Shown here piece after piece: positions 55,954-63,874 of a stretch of 64,000 nucleotides of DNA (positions within the stretch are counted from its first letter, which is position 1; every line of letters begins with the position of its first letter). The notes beneath the pieces were generated by a model, which was not told the origin of the DNA, did not search any database, and was given only the letters and a program-made list of their open reading frames with translations. The DNA lies in NCBI GenBank assembly GCA_963637115.1, contig CAVHLO010000001.1, positions 244,333 to 308,332 on the forward strand. Reading direction: 5' to 3'. Source of the stretch: a bacterium. Its GTDB lineage: Bacteria; Patescibacteriota; Saccharimonadia; Saccharimonadales; Saccharimonadaceae. The translations under genes were made by a program, and so were the position numbers.

Positions 55954-56195
55954 TTTAGTTCCTTTCTATTAAATTAATTTTGTAGTTGTGATAGTAGGGT
56001 ATGTGCAATTGTGGATAAGTGGGTGGTTTAACAGATATGGGGGAGTTGTTGAAAAGATGGTGAGTAAATGTGGGAAATGTGGTGAAGAACAATTTTTTTA
56101 TACACGGGTTTTGGGAAAGGGGGAGTTTTGCACAAAAATTTGCACGGAGATTTGCAATGGAATTGCACGTAGATTTGCACATAGTTTTACACGAG
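55954..56195. promoter_or_regulatory. oriC-type region between dnaA and dnaN (DnaA-box array plus AT-rich stretch)
   Basis: Perfect box TGTGGATAA (56010-56018). Tandem degenerate boxes at 56069-56086. Six same-orientation boxes (TTTTGCACA, ATTTGCACG, ATTTGCAAT, AATTGCACG, ATTTGCACA, TTTTACACG) starting at 56126, 56138, 56150, 56161, 56173 and 56185. AT-rich 55955-55995. Confidence 0.7.
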
Positions 56196-57566
56196 TTAGA
56201 GGCCATAAATTTTTTCCTTGATTTCTTCGATTTGGTCGCGGAGGGTAAAATTGAGTTTTAGATCTTGTTCAATTTTTTTAATGCCATGCATAACGGTGGT
56301 ATGGTCTTTGACGCCGACCTCGAGGGCGATTTTATTGGTGGAGGAGCCGAGTTCTTTGTTGAGAATAAACATGGCTACTTGGCGGGCGTTTTTGATATTG
56401 GCGACACGAGATTTACTGCAGAGTTCTTTGGTGGAGAGGTTATAATATTTGGCGACTTTTTCGACAACTTGTTTAGGGGTGGCGGGGCGAAGTTTGGAAG
56501 ATTTATTGACGGAGACGGAGCCATTTTGAATAAGTTCTAGAGGAGTCATACCGCGAACTTCAGACATGAGGAGAATAGTGGAAAATTCGCCTTCGAGATC
56601 ACGGATGTTAGTGTTGACGTTTTCGGCGATATATTCGATGGCTTCGGGTTCGATTTCGGCGCCCATGAGGTCGGCTTTGGCGCGAAGAATTGCACATTTG
56701 TCTTCGAACTTGGGGAGTTGGAGGTCAAAGGCGCCGGCCTGAGCGAGACGAGAGGCTAAACGTTCATCGACGGACTTGATTTGAGAAGGGAGACGGTCGC
56801 TAGTGACGATAATTTGTTTGTTGAGCTGATAAAGGGCATTGAAAATGTTGAAAAATTCTTCTTGAGATTTTTCCTTGCCGACGATAAATTGAAAATCGTC
56901 AATAATTAGGCAGTCAAGAGTGCGAAATTTTTGGTTAAAATCTTTGCCTTTACCATTACGAACAGCGTCGATAAAGTCGGAATAAAAGTCGGAAATTGGA
57001 GTGTAGAGGATTTTGTAATTGGGGTTGCGGCGGAAAAGTTCGTTGCCGATGGCTTGGACGAGGTGAGTTTTACCAAGTCCTGGACCACCGTATAAGAAAA
57101 AGGGATTATAGCGGTCGCCTGGAGAGTCAATAATGCTACGGGCGGCAGAGGCGGCGAGGTCGTTGTTGGAGCCGACGATAAAGCTATCGAGTGTGTATTT
57201 TTGGTTGAGACCAGTGGAAAGGGTGGGGTTGGTGCGACTCATAGTGGTATGAGGGGTGCGAGGGGTGTGGTTAGAGAGCTTAGTGACATCGGTAGTGATT
57301 TCGCGCGGGCGGATTTTGGTTTTGGCGGGTGGTTTGACCTCGAAATCGACATCAATAATGTCTGGCTGACTGTCTTTTAGAGCGGATAAAATTAGATCAT
57401 AATAGCGGCTACGAAGTTGCTTGACATAGAAAGTGTTTTTAACGCTGATTTTAACATGTCCGTCTTTGATAGAGAGGAGAGAAGTATCCTGAAACCAGGT
57501 GGAAAAATTGGCAGGGGAAAGTTGTTGCTCGATTTTAGCAAGGGCATTTTTCCATGCGTCGTACAT
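56196..57566 (-). CDS. dnaA: chromosomal replication initiator DnaA
   Basis: AAA+ Walker A GGPGLGKTHL, Walker B LIIDDFQF, and a C-terminal DNA-binding domain (VAMFILNKELGSSTNKIALEVGVKDHTTVMHGIKKI). AGGAGG Shine-Dalgarno. Confidence 0.95.
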   Translation of the reverse strand: MYDAWKNALAKIEQQLSPANFSTWFQDTSLLSIKDGHVKISVKNTFYVKQLRSRYYDLILSALKDSQPDIIDVDFEVKPPAKTKIRPREITTDVTKLSNHTPRTPHTTMSRTNPTLSTGLNQKYTLDSFIVGSNNDLAASAARSIIDSPGDRYNPFFLYGGPGLGKTHLVQAIGNELFRRNPNYKILYTPISDFYSDFIDAVRNGKGKDFNQKFRTLDCLIIDDFQFIVGKEKSQEEFFNIFNALYQLNKQIIVTSDRLPSQIKSVDERLASRLAQAGAFDLQLPKFEDKCAILRAKADLMGAEIEPEAIEYIAENVNTNIRDLEGEFSTILLMSEVRGMTPLELIQNGSVSVNKSSKLRPATPKQVVEKVAKYYNLSTKELCSKSRVANIKNARQVAMFILNKELGSSTNKIALEVGVKDHTTVMHGIKKIEQDLKLNFTLRDQIEEIKEKIYGL

Positions 57567-57797
57567 TGTGTGGGTGACCTCCTTCTTGAAAGGTATTATA
57601 GCACGAAATAAAAAAGTTTTCCACAGGTTGTGAAAAAAAATTTTTGTGTTGTAAAATAAAAAAGGAAATACAGATAAAAAGTTTTACACATAAAAAATAA
57701 AACCCCAGAAAAAGATGTGGAAAACTCCTTGAAAAATGTGGAAAAATGAGTTATACTATATAAAGAATTTGAAAATAACTAAAAATTAAGGAATAAT
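57567..57797. promoter_or_regulatory. rpmH-dnaA intergenic region with DnaA boxes and AT-rich tracts (second origin/autoregulatory half)
   Basis: TTTTCCACA (57617-57625), TTTTACACA (57682-57690), and TGTGGAAAA twice (57716-57724, 57737-57745). dnaA promoter TGCTATAAT on the minus strand near 57594-57602. Confidence 0.65.
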
Positions 57798-57935
57798 ATG
57801 CCAAAGCGAACATATCAGCCACATAAGTTGCACCGAAAAGCTGAACACGGATTTATGAAACGAAATGGAAATAAATCTGGGCGTAAGGTTTTGAAATTGC
57901 GACGACTCAAAGGGCGGGCAAAATTAACTGCTTAA
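57798..57935 (+). CDS. rpmH: 50S ribosomal protein L34
   Basis: 45-aa ORF not in the track (too short): [50 protein letters not shown] Shine-Dalgarno. Classic rpmH-rnpA-yidC order. Confidence 0.92.
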   Translation: MPKRTYQPHKLHRKAEHGFMKRNGNKSGRKVLKLRRLKGRAKLTA

Positions 57936-57936
57936 A

Positions 57937-57960
57937 ATAAGCCCCCAGCGGGGCTTATTT
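57937..57960 (+). terminator. hairpin/attenuator after rpmH
   Basis: ATAAGCCCC-CAGC-GGGGCTTAT followed by a short T run. Confidence 0.6.
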
Positions 57961-57974
57961 GGTAAAATATAATT

Positions 57975-58319
57975 ATGTTGAATAAGAAATTTCGGTTTCA
58001 CTCCCGAGGTGGGGTGAAATATGTGTATAAGAAAGGTAAAACGATTCGTCGGCCGATGATGTCGCTGGTTTTTTGTGATAATACGAAGGGGTTTACGCGA
58101 GTAGCGGTGGTAGTATCTAAAAAAGTAGAGAAGACGGCAGTGGGACGAAATTTGATACGACGACGAGTGTATGAGGCAATTCGGGTAAATTGGGAATATA
58201 TGCCACTAAAACGGGATTATATATTTGTGATATACGATAAAAAAGTAGGAAAGATGAAATTTGCGGAGTTAGAAAAAATACTGGGGGAGCTCGTTGCAGA
58301 GAGTAAAAGTATGATATAA
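57975..58319 (+). CDS. rnpA: ribonuclease P protein component
   Basis: Basic 114-aa protein with the RNR-like motif (AVGRNLIRRRVYEAIR). Follows rpmH. Confidence 0.88.
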   Translation: MLNKKFRFHSRGGVKYVYKKGKTIRRPMMSLVFCDNTKGFTRVAVVVSKKVEKTAVGRNLIRRRVYEAIRVNWEYMPLKRDYIFVIYDKKVGKMKFAELEKILGELVAESKSMI

Positions 58320-58327
58320 TAAAGAGA

Positions 58328-59437
58328 ATGGATAAAAAGAGTATTCGGAAGTGGATTTATTGGGGGATTTTTATAATATTAGTAGTGGGGTCGATTTGCG
58401 CGGGCGGGCTGTTTCAATTTATTGATATTATTATTGTGCGACCAATCGTAAATGTTTTGTTTGTGATTTTTAATTTGGTACATGATTTTGGGCTGGCGAT
58501 TATAATTCTGACAATTTTGGTAAAGCTACTAATGTGGCCACTGATGAAAAAACAACTATATCAGACGCGACTGATACGGAAGTTGCAGCCGAAACTGACG
58601 GAAATTAAGAAAAATTGTAAGGGAAATAAACAGCTAGAGTCTCTGCAGACGATGGATTTATATAAACGGTATAATGTGAAGCCGTTTTCTTCGATTTTGA
58701 CGCTGGTGATACAGTTGCCAATATTTATTGCGGTGTTTTCGGCGATTCGGGTGGTAGCAACGCCACTGGCGCAAGATAATTTAAGCAACCGAGCATATGA
58801 AATTGTGGCGTGGGAGGGGAGTGAAATTAAAGAAATTAAAGAGAAACAAGAAGTATATCTTGCGGATTTAACGAATGAAGAGATTCCGGCGGAAGAAAAA
58901 ACGGCATATGATTTTCATCCGCAGCTGTTTTGGTCAATTAATTTGGATGTAAAGGCAAGTGATGTGCTGAGTGGGAATTTTTCGTGGTCGGCGCTGTTTA
59001 TTTTGGTTTGTACGGTGGGGGCGTCACTAGTACAGTATTTCTCGACCAAGCAACAAATGTCGTCTGGGAAGTCCGAGAAGAAAAAGTCGTTTAGGGATTT
59101 GGTGAACGAGGCGAAAGCTGGGCGGGAATTGGACGAATCGGATGTGAGCCAAATGACGACGCGACAGATGTCTTGGATGATGCCGTTTATGATGTTTATG
59201 ATTATGTTTAATTTGAATGGGGCGTTGTCGTTTTATTACTTTTTAAGTAATATGATTACAATTGCGCAACAGAAAATTGTACTAAGTAAAGTGAATGATG
59301 AAATTGATGCAGTAACAGACCGAGCGGTGCTGAAGGAGCTGAGGGGGATTAAAGAGGCTGAAGTGGTGGAAAATAAAAAAACAGGAACAAAAATAACTCG
59401 TATCTCCGCGAAAGATATTAAAAAGAAAAGGAGATAA
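58328..59437 (+). CDS. yidC: membrane protein insertase YidC
   Basis: 60-kDa-IMP core (LAIIILTILVKLLMWPLMKKQ...) with 5 TM helices and a basic C-terminal tail. Confidence 0.9.
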   Translation: MDKKSIRKWIYWGIFIILVVGSICAGGLFQFIDIIIVRPIVNVLFVIFNLVHDFGLAIIILTILVKLLMWPLMKKQLYQTRLIRKLQPKLTEIKKNCKGNKQLESLQTMDLYKRYNVKPFSSILTLVIQLPIFIAVFSAIRVVATPLAQDNLSNRAYEIVAWEGSEIKEIKEKQEVYLADLTNEEIPAEEKTAYDFHPQLFWSINLDVKASDVLSGNFSWSALFILVCTVGASLVQYFSTKQQMSSGKSEKKKSFRDLVNEAKAGRELDESDVSQMTTRQMSWMMPFMMFMIMFNLNGALSFYYFLSNMITIAQQKIVLSKVNDEIDAVTDRAVLKELRGIKEAEVVENKKTGTKITRISAKDIKKKRR

Positions 59438-59438
59438 T

Positions 59439-59897
59439 ATGAATAAAGATGAATCTGTAAGGTTTGCAGCAAGATATTTGGAAGACTTGCTGAGCTTTTT
59501 TGGAATCAATGTGGCGGTAACGTCGACAATTGATGATGAAGTAATACAACTTAGCGTGCCGTCGACGTCGCTAAACTCGCTGCTAATTGGGCGAAATGCA
59601 GACAATTTGAGAGCGTTGCAACATGTGGTATCGATGGCGCTGGTGGCGAAAGGCGGGGAAATAACACGAGTGAATGTGGATGTGGCGAATTATAAACGGC
59701 AACGAGCGGATAGGATTGCGGAGAAGGCGGAAAGTTGGATTGCGAAAGTGCGCGAAAGCGGTGAGCCGATGACAGTAGATTTAAATGCAGCGGACCGCCG
59801 AGTAGTGCATAAAGTAGCAGCGGATTATTTGGACATTGAGACTCATTCTGAGGGTGAGGGACGAGAACGAAAATTAATTATTTCAAAGGCCGCATAA
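59439..59897 (+). CDS. jag: Jag/KhpB-type RNA-binding protein (KH + R3H domains)
   Basis: R3H motif (ADRRVVHKVAADY). Conserved position after yidC. Confidence 0.82.
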   Translation: MNKDESVRFAARYLEDLLSFFGINVAVTSTIDDEVIQLSVPSTSLNSLLIGRNADNLRALQHVVSMALVAKGGEITRVNVDVANYKRQRADRIAEKAESWIAKVRESGEPMTVDLNAADRRVVHKVAADYLDIETHSEGEGRERKLIISKAA

Positions 59898-59906
59898 AAA
59901 AGTGAA

Positions 59907-59936
59907 TAAAAATCCCCTAGGTCTAGGGGATTTTTG
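59907..59936. terminator. bidirectional terminator between jag and the LCP gene
   Basis: AAAAATCCCCTAG-GT-CTAGGGGATTTTT. Confidence 0.8.
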
Positions 59937-59948
59937 TTGGAATCTTAA

Positions 59949-61619
59949 TTATTCGGTGGTGGTGGAGCCAAGAATAAGAACAAAATCGTAGGCGGTGGAG
60001 ATGCCAGCGGGGAGTTCGGAGGCGGACTTAGCGGCGGAGCTGTATTTTTTCTCGAGAGATTTTTGAGTGTTTGGCTTGTCGTCGGTCAAGGCGTAGAGAG
60101 TATATTCTTGGTCGTAAGTGCCAGCGGGGGCGTCGTCGACGGAAATATTAACATAACCGTCTTCTTCGAGCGTGGTACGTTCAGAAGAGGCGAGACCGGC
60201 GGTATCGGTGCCGTTTAGGACGAGGATAGAGGCGTCTTCGTAAACTTTTGGATCGTTAGATAGCATTTTGGCGAGATAAGTTTGAATAGCAGTGTAGTTG
60301 CCGACGCCGGCGGAAGGCAAAACGTAGGAAATGCCATTAATCATGCCGGTAGTCATGAGGCGTTCAGGTTCGAGAAGGGAGATTTGGCGCATGGAATCGA
60401 AATCAAATTCGGAAGTGAGGTGGGCAAGAGTTTTCATTTCGTCGATAGAAAAATTAGTACGAAGATTATCGCCGAGGGTGCCAGCGAGGCTGAGTAGGTC
60501 GGTAATAGAAAGGTCTTTTTCGAAGACTTTATCTTTGATGCCGATGAGAATTTTTTGCTGGGAAGCACCGCGTGAAAAATCACCGCTAGCAGTGCCATGA
60601 CGGGCGCGAGCAAGGCCGAGGGCTTCGGCGCCGTTAATGGTATATTCTACGCCAGCTTGATAGACGGCTTTGGTGTAATAATAATCTTCGATATCTTCGT
60701 CGAGAGTGACGGTGATACCGCCGAGAGTGTCAACAATAGAGACGAGTGAACCCCAGTTGAGATGAGCATAATATTGAAAATCTAGGCCGAGAATATTGCC
60801 GACTTCGGTCATGAGAGCTTCGGCGCCAGCAGCGTCGTTGTCGCCATTCATGTTATTGCACCAATAAACTTCGTTGATTTTGCCGGTGGCGGTGCAGGTG
60901 GGGGAAGCTTTTAAGTCGCGAGGCAAAGAAAGCATGGCAATGTCGCCAGTGTCTTGATTAAGGCTGATAACCATAATGGAATCAGTAAGTTGGGCGCCGT
61001 CATGAGTGCCGTTGCCTTCATCACCGGCCATATTATAACCACTGGTGCCGAGGGCGAGGATATTAGTGCGACCATTATCGTCGGTTTTTAGGGGAGTGTA
61101 AGTTTCGTCGGTAAAGATGAGGTCGAGAACGTTGCCTTGGCCACCGGTGATTTTGGCGATAATGTCGTTGCCCCAAAGGACTACAATAATACCGGCGATA
61201 AGAATTAGACTAAGTAAGGTAATAATAATACCGGTAATGATTTTACGTTTTTTGCTGGCTGGTTTTTTGGATTGTTTCATAGTTTTACCTTTTTGGTTAA
61301 TAGCTGAGGCGGAAGTTTTGGAAGCGACGGTAGGGGTAGCGGTTAGCTCACCACTTTGTTCGTCAAAATTAAAAGCTTGGACGGGCTTTAAGAAATCTTC
61401 GGTGCTAGCGAGAGGGGCGGAGGGTTTTTGGGGAGTAGATTTTTTAGGTACAGATTTTTTAGGCGTAGAAACTTTGGAGACGGGGGTTTTAGGTGCTGGG
61501 ACTTTGGGAACGGGAGTTTTGGAGACAGAAGTTCTAGGTGTGGAAATTTTAGATGCGGAAACTGGCGCTTTTTTAGCGCGGCGAGATTCGAGCCCATCAA
61601 TTGATTTATTTTTATTCAT
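59949..61619 (-). CDS. LytR-CpsA-Psr (LCP) family cell-envelope phosphotransferase
   Basis: Pro/Lys-rich cytoplasmic N-terminus, TM helix, LCP core (ILALGTSG...DSIMVISLNQDTGDIAMLSLPRD), and a LytR_C-like C-terminus. Confidence 0.85.
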   Translation of the reverse strand: MNKNKSIDGLESRRAKKAPVSASKISTPRTSVSKTPVPKVPAPKTPVSKVSTPKKSVPKKSTPQKPSAPLASTEDFLKPVQAFNFDEQSGELTATPTVASKTSASAINQKGKTMKQSKKPASKKRKIITGIIITLLSLILIAGIIVVLWGNDIIAKITGGQGNVLDLIFTDETYTPLKTDDNGRTNILALGTSGYNMAGDEGNGTHDGAQLTDSIMVISLNQDTGDIAMLSLPRDLKASPTCTATGKINEVYWCNNMNGDNDAAGAEALMTEVGNILGLDFQYYAHLNWGSLVSIVDTLGGITVTLDEDIEDYYYTKAVYQAGVEYTINGAEALGLARARHGTASGDFSRGASQQKILIGIKDKVFEKDLSITDLLSLAGTLGDNLRTNFSIDEMKTLAHLTSEFDFDSMRQISLLEPERLMTTGMINGISYVLPSAGVGNYTAIQTYLAKMLSNDPKVYEDASILVLNGTDTAGLASSERTTLEEDGYVNISVDDAPAGTYDQEYTLYALTDDKPNTQKSLEKKYSSAAKSASELPAGISTAYDFVLILGSTTTE

Positions 61620-61638
61620 TGCTTATAATTATAGCATA
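61620..61638. promoter_or_regulatory. 19-bp intergenic region with overlapping face-to-face -10 boxes for the LCP gene and the LexA-like gene
   Basis: Near-palindrome TGCTTATAATTATAGCA. Plus-strand TATAAT at 61624-61629. Minus-strand TATAAT at 61633-61628. Confidence 0.55.
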
Positions 61639-61965
61639 ATGGCGACTAAGTTAACAAAAAAACAATTAGCGGTTTTGGAATTTATAGGGGATTTTACAGA
61701 GGAGCGGGGGTTTTCGCCATCATATCGGGAAATTATGACGGGGCTGGGGCTGGCGTCGGTGTCGGCAGTGGCGGAACATGTAGATAATTTGGTGAATAGA
61801 GGAGTTTTAAAAAAAGTGCCTGGAGCGGCGCGGTCGTTGGAAATTTTGGATTATAAACACGAAGAGACGGTGGCGCTATTTCAGGAAAAAATAGCGATAG
61901 CTGGCGAGGAGGAAAAGAAGATTTTGGAGCAGGCGGCGGAGATATTGGGGTTGGATTTAGAATGA
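61639..61965 (+). CDS. LexA N-terminal DNA-binding-domain protein (no S24 peptidase domain)
   Basis: LTKKQLAVLEFIGDFTEERGFSPSYREIMTGLGLASVSAVAEHVDNLVNRGVLKK matches the LexA wHTH. 108 aa only. The longer track ORF (from 61117) runs antisense through the LCP gene. Confidence 0.75.
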   Translation: MATKLTKKQLAVLEFIGDFTEERGFSPSYREIMTGLGLASVSAVAEHVDNLVNRGVLKKVPGAARSLEILDYKHEETVALFQEKIAIAGEEEKKILEQAAEILGLDLE

Positions 61966-61980
61966 TTATGGTTTTTAGGT

Positions 61981-62046
61981 AAAATCCAAGAATTTAGCCG
62001 AATATTTGGAATGAAATCCAAAAATTCGGCTGAAAATTTGGATTTT
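61981..62046 (+). terminator. 66-nt three-segment hairpin after the LexA-like gene (terminator and/or operator)
   Basis: AAAATCCAA/TTGGATTTT (9 bp), AGCCGAAT/ATTCGGCT (8 bp) and TTTGGA/TCCAAA (6 bp) are nested. T4 at the 3' end. Confidence 0.55.
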
Positions 62047-62050
62047 CATC

Positions 62051-62079
62051 TTGACAGAAAAAACCGTCTATGTTAATAT
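62051..62079 (+). promoter_or_regulatory. sigma70 promoter of the AAA ATPase gene
   Basis: TTGACA, 17 nt, TAATAT. ATG 62086 begins 6 nt after the -10 box. Confidence 0.7.
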
Positions 62080-62085
62080 GGGAAT

Positions 62086-63204
62086 ATGATAAAGCGCGAT
62101 ATTGAAAATAAAATTCGTCAAAAATTGAACGGTGGCAAAACAATTGTTATTTATGGTGCGAGACAGGTCGGAAAAACAACGCTCCTGCACCAGATTTTTG
62201 ACGAGCAAAAAAACGTTTTATGGCTAAATGGGGATATTGAGGCGACACGTAAGCAGTTTGATGACTTATCGCTTGATACTGCCCAGACGCTGATAGGGGA
62301 TTATAAAACCGTGATTATTGATGAGGCGCAACGAATTGAAAATATTGGGTTAAAATTAAAAATTTTACAGGACAATTTTGGCGATAAAGTTCAATTTGTG
62401 GCGACCGGGAGTTCGTCTTTTGATTTAGCGAATAAAATCAATGAGCCAATGACAGGAAGAGTTTGGACTTTTCAGCTGTTTCCGCTAAAAGTTTCGGAGC
62501 TTGTCGGAGCGTTTGGCGCGGCTAGGGAAACCGGAGCTTTGGAAAATCGGTTAATTTACGGTTCGTATCCAGATGTGGTGAACAATCCAAAAGACGCTGC
62601 GGAAATTATAACGATGTTATCGCAGGAGAATCTCTATAAGGATGCGTTGAATTTTTCTGAGATTATAAAGGTGGATTATCTTGGAAAGATTTTGAAAGCT
62701 TTGGCTTTTCAGGTAGGTTCACAGGTGAGTATAAACGAGATTGCAAATTTGGTTAAACTAGACAATAAAACTGTGGACAAATATATTTCATTACTAGAAC
62801 AGGCGTTTATTATTTTTAGATTACCGTCTTTTGGAAAAAATCTTCGAAACGAGATAAAAACATCACAGAAAATTTATTTTTATGATGTTGGAATACGGAA
62901 TGGATTAATTGGTGATTTTCGGCCGACGGTATCGCGCCAAGATATTGGTGGGCTGTTTGAAAATTTTGTGATTGCAGAATATAAAAAGCAGAATGAAGGA
63001 AAATTATATTTTTGGCGAAATTATGATGGACAGGAGGTTGATTTGTTAGTGGAAAAAAATACTGAAATTCAGGCTATAGAAATAAAGTGGAGCAAGAATG
63101 CTTCTTTGCCGAATATTTTTCTAGAGGCTTATGAGCCAAAAGAACAAATATGTATAAATCGGGAGAATTATTTGAATCAAATAACAAAAATGCAGATGGC
63201 ATAA
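62086..63204 (+). CDS. AAA+ ATPase (AAA_14 plus DUF4143-type)
   Basis: Walker A GARQVGKTTL, Walker B VIIDEAQ. C-terminal region typical of DUF4143 proteins. Confidence 0.75.
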   Translation: MIKRDIENKIRQKLNGGKTIVIYGARQVGKTTLLHQIFDEQKNVLWLNGDIEATRKQFDDLSLDTAQTLIGDYKTVIIDEAQRIENIGLKLKILQDNFGDKVQFVATGSSSFDLANKINEPMTGRVWTFQLFPLKVSELVGAFGAARETGALENRLIYGSYPDVVNNPKDAAEIITMLSQENLYKDALNFSEIIKVDYLGKILKALAFQVGSQVSINEIANLVKLDNKTVDKYISLLEQAFIIFRLPSFGKNLRNEIKTSQKIYFYDVGIRNGLIGDFRPTVSRQDIGGLFENFVIAEYKKQNEGKLYFWRNYDGQEVDLLVEKNTEIQAIEIKWSKNASLPNIFLEAYEPKEQICINRENYLNQITKMQMA

Positions 63205-63295
63205 AAAAAACGGTAACTGGTAAATTAAAGATAAAGACTTATGTTTTTTGTCATATTTTTTATGCTTATGATATAATGGGATAAGGAGGACTATC

Positions 63296-63874
63296 ATGAC
63301 GGCACAAAAACGCAAAAATAATCGAAAATGGTTGTGGTGGGGAGCGGGGATTTTGATTTTGGTGATAGTGGTTGGGGGAGGAGTGCTGATTTGGCAGAAA
63401 AATCAAGCGGACGACAAGAAAAATGAAAACACTATAGTAGTAGAAAAGGAAGAAAAGAAGAATATTGATAATGAGACAGAAAAAACAACGGAGCCGGCGG
63501 AGACTGTGAGCACGGGGGTAGAGAAAGAAAAGGTAGTTCAATACGAGGGGGAAGACCCGAATACAGAGGCGGAACTGTCGGGAGTAGTGACTTATGTGGG
63601 GGTGAGTGGGGAAAAATTGATGATAAGAATAAGTATTGACCAATATTTGACTGGGGGACAATGTGAATTGAATTTAATAAAAGACGGGGCGGTGATTTAT
63701 GATGATACTGTGAATATTGCTAGTAGCGCGTCGACCTCGACCTGTGAGGGGTTTGATGTTTTGACTAGTGGTTTGGGTGCGAATGGTGCGACGGGCGCGG
63801 GAAAAATAGAAATTAAAATTAAAATAAATGCCGATGGACGCAGTGGCGTGATTGGTGGGGAGGTGGAAATTTAA
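63296..63874 (+). CDS. membrane-anchored hypothetical protein (192 aa)
   Basis: TM helix (WLWWGAGILILVIVVGGGVLIW). AAGGAGG Shine-Dalgarno. Confidence 0.55.
   Translation: MTAQKRKNNRKWLWWGAGILILVIVVGGGVLIWQKNQADDKKNENTIVVEKEEKKNIDNETEKTTEPAETVSTGVEKEKVVQYEGEDPNTEAELSGVVTYVGVSGEKLMIRISIDQYLTGGQCELNLIKDGAVIYDDTVNIASSASTSTCEGFDVLTSGLGANGATGAGKIEIKIKINADGRSGVIGGEVEI

Noticed and set aside
61400-61570. Degenerate 15-18-nt tandem repeats
   Set aside because: They lie inside the LCP gene and simply encode its Pro/Lys/Thr/Val-rich cytoplasmic N-terminus (TPVPKVPAPKTPVSKVSTPKK). This is coding low complexity, not a separate element.
61117-61638. Long 5' extension of the LexA-like ORF (track ORF 61117-61965)
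   Set aside because: The extension runs antisense through the LCP gene and translates to low-complexity sequence. LexA-domain homology starts at the ATG at 61639, which has its own -10 box.
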